Shown: positions 55,311 through 64,000 of the stretch, piece by piece
Position numbering within the stretch: the stretch's first letter is position 1
Layout: every line of letters starts with the position of its first letter
Source: the human T2T-CHM13v2.0 reference genome, Homo sapiens
Length of the DNA stretch: 64,000 nucleotides
Assembly: GCF_009914755.1 (NCBI RefSeq)
Contig: NC_060932.1
Reading direction: 5' to 3' (one strand)
Position numbers and translations under genes: made by a program
The notes under the pieces: generated by a model
Database searches by the model: none
The model's input: only the letters and a program-made list of their open reading frames with translations
Told to the model about the DNA's origin: nothing

Positions 55311-57964
55311 ATATGCGAATGGGGAAATCAAACATTGACCTGGTTGCGGTCAATATTCCATAGTAAATAGTTCATTAATTTGAATTACATTTTTATCCAT
55401 ATGTATATACACATATATATGAAACCTTACCAGTCTTTCACACCTTAGTTTGGAATGAGTTTCTTGCATATTTTCTGGAGACAAAGATGTTAAGTGGAAG
55501 AAAAAGGACACAAAAGGTCTAGGTGCCCCAGGGAAAGAGCAGAATAGACACCACCAGGAGCACATAGAAAAGAGGAATGATGTGGTCAGTTCAAAAACAA
55601 CGTCAATGCCTCCTCAATTTCATCTAGCATTGGCTCTGCACTTATAAAATTATATTAGAGTCAGGCTCCTATTCACTTAACTGTGATTGATCATTTCCTT
55701 TCCCATCAAGAGAATAAACCCAGAATAGGGAAGCAAACAAGGACAGAAGCCAATGATTATTGAGTGCCTACTGTAAACACACACTTTTAAATAATAATAT
55801 TATTGGAATTTCACACAGACACCCAGCAGTTCTATATGATTATCCCCTTCCCACAAATGAGAAAATACTGAGATACAGCCATGCTTGGTCATGCAGCTAG
55901 AAAAAAAAAAAAAAAAAAAAAAAACAAAGGAATGATTTAAACCCTGCCCTCTTTACATCTTGGTTCTAACCTTTTCTTCCTTGTTTAAGCAGAAGGGACC
56001 CAAATAGGGCTCATTCCTAAGAAGCAAGGCTATGCGAGCTTAGCATCCTGGCATTCTCAACCAAGCAGGAAAAGAGAGAGTTCATCAACTTTAAATCTCA
56101 TTCGTAAAACTGCCTATAAGCACAGTCATTTTCCTTTGTTTCTACTTGGGTACCATGTTGGGAGATAGGAAGAAGCAATCTGTTCTGAAACAGGTCCAAA
56201 TAAGGCCTCTCAGTCAACAAGTCGGGACTTGTATCATCAGGGAACCAAAACTGCTGAATGTTCTGTAGTTGGAGGGGATCCACCACAGGAGACTATGAGA
56301 GGCAGCATTCAAAATTTTACATAAACATTCTTCAAATCAGCAGCTTCTGCCTTGAATGTAAAAAGTGGAAAAAAGCAAAGAAAAAGATGTTTTGTTCTTA
56401 TTTTTCGTTGTTTACTTTTTTCTCATTTTACATTTGTTTTCATTTTTCATTTTTTACTGTGTCAAATTGTGATCCTAGTCAAAGAAGCCTGAAATGATTT
56501 AATGTGATCCTTAGGAGGGCTGGGTGTTTTACAGAGAAAGGTTCAACTATATTTGGAATATATGTGCTGCTTAGGCATATGAATTATGCATATGCTAAGG
56601 TAAAACCATAGATTTATTTTCAATTTTGCTTCCAAGTATTTCAAAACACAAATCTTCTGTTACCTCATGTGTTATCATCTCTTAATGGGGAAATAAAATG
56701 GAGACCAGAATTTATTTTCCCTATACAGGTGAGAAAACTGAAGAACTAGGATTAAGTAACTCCCTAAAGTCTGGAAAAATAAGAGATTTTTTTAAAAGAT
56801 AAGAAAAGGAAAAGAAAAACCTACTCATTTAGGGCCCTGGAATAACAGTAACATCTAACGTTGCCATAACGTTGTCACCGATGCAAGGATCCTTCTAGTA
56901 TATCCTTAGGGGACAGCCATCCAAATCCTGCTTCTGCACATCCAACAAAGGGAAGATGTTTTTCCTCTCAGTGGGAACCCATATTTCAAAGAAAATACTC
57001 CACATGAGAAATGCAGATGTGTGGCAGGCACTGAACAGGCCTGGGAATGCTGGAATCTATCTGCAAGGCAGTGTTAATCCCAGGTGGTTAGTGATCAGTG
57101 CCATGGCTCAACTGTGGCATATTGAAGTATTCAGGAATTTGTTTCTTCAGGAACAGTTATGTATGTGTCTGGTTCAAATGCTGAGTCAAGACCTCACCCT
57201 TGCTCATGTTACAAACTTATTTCATTTTAACCTTCTTATAGGGATAGAATTTGCATGTGTGAGATAGTTAGAATGCCAAATATTTATGAAGCATTTCCAG
57301 TGCTTTTACTCATGTATTCTTACAGTCACTCTAAAGAAGCATTATTATCCCCATTTTACAAATGTAGAAATTGAGGGTTAAAAATTTGTCCCAGTGGGAA
57401 AGCGGAAGACCAAAGACACTATCAGTGTTAAGGGCTGATCTTGGTATTATACTAGGAACTTTAAAAAGAAGTTGTAATTCTAGATGATGGATGGTGGTCT
57501 ATCACAGGGGATGACTTCTGAACTTGGCTTTGAGGATGAAGGAGAAGAAAGCTTTTCAGATTAAAGGAACAACGTCAAGAAAAGACATGGGGCCTTGAAA
57601 GAAGATACTGAATTTGCAATACTTCTTAAAGGTAGCTCACCTGACTCTCCAACCAGACTCTCTTCATTATGCCCTTATACAGAGAAGGTACCTGTATGCA
57701 TTTATTGATTGCCTGCTGGGAGATTAGCTGATGCCATTCCCATCACCATGACAATCAAGTGGGTTTCAGCAGCTAATCCTATATTTGGGACTTGCAGACC
57801 TATTTTCAGATGCAAGCACTGAATCAGAAAAGTAGAATTGGAAAAGCTTAGGGATGGTCTTCTCTAGAGCTTCCAAACTTGTCTTTAGTAATGAAAATCT
57901 TTTTTCAGACAATATTTTCAATGTACCATAGGTAGGCATGTATTCCTTGGTATTTTGTCTCTTT

Positions 57965-58475
57965 GATAAAATATACCTAAATTTTATTTGAGAAACTACC
58001 CTTTTCACATATAGTATGTAGGATTGACCCCAACCACCAGCTCTAATTTGGGTCAGTAATTGGTTTAAGCCATGCATCAGGTTGTATTTCTCTGGAACCA
58101 TGATTGCTTTAGGGTAGGCAAGTGATCTCTGCTGATTCAACCAGATTGATCCTCAAAGAATTGCCTGGAACTACTGGACTAGAACAGCTTCACTGGTTGA
58201 GATGATGAAGATGTGAAGGCTGGAACTGCCAGGAGCCATGGCTGCTACCATTAGCAGTTCTAGCCTGAGGCCAAAGCTAGCACAGAAGGCAGATCCATGA
58301 GAAATATAAAGAAATGAGCCTCTAATGTAAATATAGTTAACCTGCTGGATCAAGCTGTTTCCTAAGCTAGTTGCCTCTGGCCTTCTTAGTTAAGTAAATA
58401 CAGAGATTATCTTTTATGCTTCACCCAGTTTGAGTGGGATTTTCTGTTAGTTGCAAATGAAAGCATTTTTAAAGA
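57965..58475 (+). mobile_element. MLT1K/L-like MaLR LTR
   Basis: CTGGATCAAGCTGTTTCCTAAGC...CCAGTTTGAGTGGGATTTTCTGTTAGTTGCAA..GAAAGCAT. Confidence 0.7.
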
Positions 58476-59676
58476 ATCCAAAACCCCATGATAAGACATA
58501 GATAAAACCAGGTTCTCCCAGTTAAAGTGATGGTAAGAAACTTAAGAGTCTCACCCACAATGTACTTTCAATTTCTAAAATGTGGCGCAGATGAACTTTA
58601 CTATCTAGTTTAATTCTTTTATTTTACAAATGGCCAAACCATGATTCAAAGTGAATATTAAAATATTGGCAATACACGTGAAGGAATACAAACATGGGTA
58701 CAAGTATATTTTTTAAAAAAAGCAGATTTCAGAAAATTGGACAGGATGAAGGGTTGCAGTTTAAAAATTAGGAAGCTTTTATCTAGAGAAATCCCAATTA
58801 TGCAGGATTCAAAATAACATGAAATAAGCCATCAGTAATTACAATATAGTCACTTATGTAGTGTAAGCATGTTCCACAATGTCTATAAAAAGTATTAACA
58901 GTTATTGTCCTATAGATAGTTGATCATGCTTAAAAACTGCATTAAAGTACTGTTTGCTACTTTGACCATGCTTATAAACTTCTAAACTTGCCACAGAAAT
59001 TTCTGGTATGTTCTATTAAAAATACACTTTTCCTAGGGAGGGGCTGGTTTTATATTATGCCATTCATTTTACCTGTTATTTCAACTGTACACAGCTTTAC
59101 ACTGTGATGCATTACCCTGTAACCTCAGCTTTCTCTCTGGCAGACATCAGTGTCGCAGGGTATATTCTTATGACAAAATAAAAGAAATTCAACAGACAGA
59201 TCAAAATTTGGGACACAATATAAAAGGCACATGGTAGACCGTTTTGCGATGGTCAACTTGTAAAACATCATGATCCACAGAGGTCAGAAGACTAACCAAA
59301 TTTACATAACTGGTCAAAGAGAAGGGAAAGTAGAAAATGTGTATGAATATATAATCAATAAACGAGTCATTTATTCTCAGTTTAAATAAAGTTATCTTCA
59401 GAGAGGTGCTAAATCCACAAACCACATTGCCTTCATTCTTTTTTTCCAGTGAATAAAAAAGAAAAACATTTCAGTAGTTAGATGAACAGATTTTAAACTA
59501 AAATTTCAAAGAGCATTTTTTTATTGTGTCTCTTATCTAAAGATCAGTCATTACATGACCCCTTTCCAAAGTTTAAGAAGTGTTTTATAGAAATGTGTCT
59601 GATTAAAAGCTTGGTACTCAATACAAAAATGTTTTTATCCTTCTGGTTGATGGAATGGAAGTCGTACATGTAATAA

Positions 59677-60323
59677 TGAGGCAGAATAAGTTCTGAAGGC
59701 AGGCAACCTCAGGCTGATTCAAACTTACTTCCTAGAACTAAAGCAAAAGGAAAACCTCAACTTTCCATGCCCAAGTAACAAAAGAACCAGAGGCTACTCC
59801 CTTTGCAACCCCCAGTTTTCTGTGCGACAGATGAAAAACTAAAAGTACCTCTGATTGGTCCCTTCCCACAACCAATCAGGCTGGCTGCGGGCCAAGTCTT
59901 CCTTTGTATAGGAGTATAACTTTGTAACTTCAGGTTAGCCTCTGATTGGTCGTTTTTCACGACCAATCAGACGTTTGCATATGGTGTAACTTTGTAACTT
60001 TGCTTCGGGCTCTGATTGGTTCCCTACCTCAACCAATCAGACTGATTATGGGCCACTACTTCATTTACATAGGGGGTACACAAAGTAACCAATAGGACAT
60101 CAATGGGACACCTCTAGAGAGTATTTAAACCTCAGAAAACTCTGTAATTGGGCCCTTGAGCCTCTTGCTTGGGCCACTCCTACCCTGTGGAGTGTGTTTC
60201 CCTTTTCAATCTCTGCTTTTATTGCTTCATTCTTTCCTTGCTTTGTTTATGCATTTTGTCCAATTCTTTGTTCAAGGTGCTAGGAACCTGGACACCCTCC
60301 ACCTGGACACCATCTACTAAACA
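59677..60323 (+). mobile_element. MER51 (ERV1) solo LTR
   Basis: TGAGGCAG start, three CTGATTGG..CCAATCAG units, TATTTAAA, CA end, and TSD ATAA on both sides. Confidence 0.88.
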
Positions 60324-60799
60324 ATAACTCATAAATTCTGGTTAAAAGGAGAAACAATTATGAAATTTTGGTTAAAGATAAATAATTAAAAAATAATTAT
60401 TTTGTATTGTTCTTGGTGACCCATATGAACCCTTTTTATATTATTTTTTATTTCATCTGAAAATTTTGAGTAAAGGAGAGTTTTAAAAACTTCATTTATG
60501 GTTTGTGGCATAGTCACTGAAGTATTTGAGAAACACTTAAGAGACTGGGAAATGGTACACAAAAATATAATGATTCGTTCACAAGAATCTGAGGAAGTTA
60601 CCTTTCCCCCATATAGAGAGTGAGCAATTTAGTTACTCAAACCTTTTCATTTTGTTTGGACTATCTTAGGTCAGTGAAAGCATTATTAACTAGTTACCAG
60701 AGTCATGGTTTATTAGAAATGCCAGCTTGGGTGGGTTTTAGTAAAATTTGAGGTCATGCAGCTTTTCTTAGACCCAGAGAGGGAAACTGAGGGATCTAC

Positions 60800-61030
60800 T
60801 ATCACATGACAGCATGCTGAGAGGAAACTGTTTGAATTCCAACCTGCTCCTGAATATGTGTGACTTCTGACAAATTACTCATCTTTTTTTTCGGATGACT
60901 TCCTTAGTTTTCTCAACTGTAAAATGAAAATATGTATAGTGTTTTAAAGGACTGTTGTAAAGATTAGATTGGTTTAAAACTCTTAAGATGATTTCTGGCA
61001 TATGGTAAACACTCAACATTAGTCTTTATT
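60800..61030 (+). mobile_element. MIR
   Basis: AGTTTTCTCAACTGTAAAATG...GGACTGTTGTAAAGATTA...TGGCATATGGTAAACACTCAA. Confidence 0.7.
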
Positions 61031-61178
61031 AACATATAAGTCTAGTGAAACTGACATAATTAGGCAGTTTGTGCCATGAATGGCTTCACCTCGAGGAAAG
61101 CTAATACAGAGAAACCTGATCTCACCAGCCAGATAAATGTGAGGCTGGTCTCCCAGGTCAGCCTGGATATTCACTGGT

Positions 61179-61770
61179 TGTGGTGGGCAGAATTCTAAGA
61201 TGTCCCCAAAATCCCTGTCCCTCTTGTTCAGAGCCTTTATAACCTCTTCCCCATGAACACAGGTAGAATCTTTCATGTGATGGGTTATTACTCTCATAGT
61301 TAGGTTACTAATCAGTTGACTTTGTGTTAACCTAAAGAGTGATTATCAAGGTGGGCTTGACATAATCAGTGAGCTTTATAAGGGACTGGGCCCTTCCTGG
61401 AGTTAGATAGATTTGAAATGTGAGAAGCTGCACTTAAGAGGAAGCTGCATGGCAAGGAACTGAAGTAGTCTCCAGAAACTGAGAATAGTCCCTGGCTTGC
61501 AGGGAGCCACAAAATGGGAACCTCATTCCTACAGCCTCAAGGAACTGAATTCTTCCAACAGCTATGAGAGCTACAAGGGACTCTTAGCTCGAGAGGAGAC
61601 CACATCCCAGGTGATACCTTGATTTCGTCCTTGTGGCACAGTAAGCAGAGAAACTGGGTAGATCTGCCTGGACTCCTGACCTACAGAACTACGAGATAAT
61701 AAATGGCTGTTGCTTTAAACCACTATGCTTGTGGTTATTTATTATTATGCAGCAGTAGAAAATGAGTACA
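61179..61770 (+). mobile_element. MLT1E-like MaLR solo LTR
   Basis: TGTGGTGGGCAGAATTCTAAGATG...CAAGGAACTGAATTCT...GCAGCAGTAGAAAATGAGTACA; near-TSD CTGGT/CTGTT. Confidence 0.85.
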
Positions 61771-62276
61771 CTGTTAATGATCCAAAGTTGTACATCATTT
61801 CCCTGGCTCATCAGAGGCTAGGAGAGTAGATAGTAACAGCATGTGATTATTATTTTGCTTTTTATCTGTCCCAGAAAGGGAAGCACAACTCAGGGAATTT
61901 TGTGGTCCCAGAGGATGGCTGGGTTCATTCTTATGACCCTCTGCAGGAAGATTACTGTCATCCCCAAATACCCTCTTCAGCAAAGTCCCTAGAAAAGACT
62001 TCTTAAATTTTGTCATCCTTTAGGCTTCTGCTTAATTGAAATAAAGAGAAACTTCCCCTAATCACTGAGTCTATTGTTGTCCACCTCTCAGAGGCGCTTC
62101 ATAGTGCTGGTCCGTGATTATCTTTCTTATTTGCTTTCTGGTTTGCTACTATGCTCTGATTTGAAAGTAAGAAACATGAAGGCAAGGACCTTGTTTATTT
62201 TGCTCACTATTTTATCTCCAGAGCCAGTACAAGTGGCTGGCAATGAATGAACAATTGCTACATGAAAGTGTAATAG

Positions 62277-62672
<396 letters not shown>

Positions 62673-62867
62673 ATAGCACTTTGTTCATATTCTTGTAATA
62701 AAATTTTTGATGCTAGTTTATGAGATTCTTGAGGACAGAGGTAATGTCTTCTTATCTTAGTACCTTTGTGCTAAACACAGTGATCGATGTGTAGTCAATG
62801 TTCAATAAATGTTTGTGGAATATGATGGCAATTGATAATTAAACGAAAAAATAATATTATTCTCAAC

Positions 62868-62890
62868 ATGTATATATATATATGTGTGTG

Positions 62891-62939
<49 letters not shown>
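62868..62939. repeat. (TA)/(TG) compound microsatellite
   Basis: Direct observation. Confidence 0.9.
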
Positions 62940-62997
62940 TAGACTAAGTGTAATTCTTTTTTATTTTAAGAAACATACCAATTTTTAAACAACATCT

Positions 62998-63115
62998 TAA
63001 CCCAGTAAAATCCATCTTGGGAGTCTGGCCTTCTGAACTGTGAGATAATAAACTTTTGTTATTTTAAGCCACTAAGTTTGTGGTTATTGGCTACAGCAAT
63101 AAGAGACTAAGGCAT
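62998..63115 (+). mobile_element. MLT1 LTR 3' fragment
   Basis: CTGGCCTTCTGAACTGTGAGATAATAAAC...TTTTAAGCCACTAAGTTTGTGGT...ACAGCAATAAGAGACTAA. Confidence 0.75.
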
Positions 63116-64000
63116 AGAGGGAGGGACAGAGCTGTCTTAGGCAGATGTCTCCTCCTTACAGAGATCAGCTTGCATTGCAGGACATATTATCAACAGTTTT
63201 GGGTCCTGCCATTAATGGGAACTGTAGATTTTACCTTCAATAAAGCTTTTCTCATCATCTCTCCGGCTTTCTCCCCAACCTTGTGCCTGCATGTGATATG
63301 GCAGAATAGAAAGAACATGGGCTTCAGAATCAGAGAAACATAAATTTAAATCCCAGTTCCACCACTTATCAGTAACATGACCTGGGACAGCTAGCTCCAC
63401 CTCTCTGGTCATGTTTCTTCACCTTACGTTCAGTATTGTTATAAGGGTTAGAAAGCAAAGAAATAACAATGAAGATAATGTTATAATTGATGACCAAAGC
63501 AGCCTTCCAAGGAGGTACTCACACTAGAGTTTTTCTGCTCTGAACATCCACAGGATTGCAAGGTGGCAGGGCCTGTGGAAAGCTGGGTTGTTTCTGTATA
63601 TTCTAGGGAAAGAAGTTTGGTGCCACCAGGCTCAGTCCTGGGGTGAGGTAAAGGGCAGCAGAGACTGGCTAAGAGCAGAAAAGAGGAGATGAATGGCAAA
63701 GTGCAACAAATTCTGTAATATGAACTTCCCTGGGACTTTCTAATCTTCAATAATTAGTTCTAAATTTATATGATCTCAACATGAGTGTGTTTTTTATGGA
63801 AACTTTCATTGAAGCTTATTTTTAGAACCACTTTGATTTAGGATAATACAGAGAGAAGATTCAGGCAGGAGGTAATCATGAGACGGTATAGCCCCCAGAA
63901 ATAAATAAAAAGCAAGGAAGAACTTTGGATTTCCATCAATCGTGAGATTGAGCCGAGATTACCAAACTCCCTAAAAGATAAGGCCAGGGTCCTGCTAACA

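Noticed and set aside
62080-62100. CTCF-like CCTCTCAGAGGCGC (and CAGAGGTGGCC at ~53253)
   Set aside because: Too many mismatches at core positions of the CTCF motif.

Overview
This is primate, almost certainly human, genomic DNA with no credible protein-coding gene. I recognise it from memory as the 8q24.21 gene desert about 0.5 Mb centromeric of MYC. Exon 1 of the lncRNA CCAT1 is on the minus strand at ~6018-6476, and its intron runs off the left edge. Further minus-strand splice sites at ~6174, 7613, 10749-10877, 15840 and 16334/16341 fit long CCAT1/CASC19 isoforms and the host acceptors I recall for HeLa HPV18-host fusion RNAs. An ERV1 solo LTR at 31609-32227 probably supplies the promoter and first exon of the plus-strand lncRNA CASC21. 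The rest is mostly interspersed repeats (Alu, L1, L2, L3, MIR, MaLR/ERVL/ERV1 LTRs, MER DNA transposons). The least explained structures are (i) a ~1.5 kb, strongly diverged, G-skewed tandem array with a ~43 bp period at 44320-45860, (ii) a 27 bp perfect inverted copy of a piece of an old L1 lying 640 bp away, and (iii) recurring FOX:ETS-like motifs around CCAT1. Locus names and repeat subfamilies come from recall, not a database search. Boundaries of old repeats are approximate.
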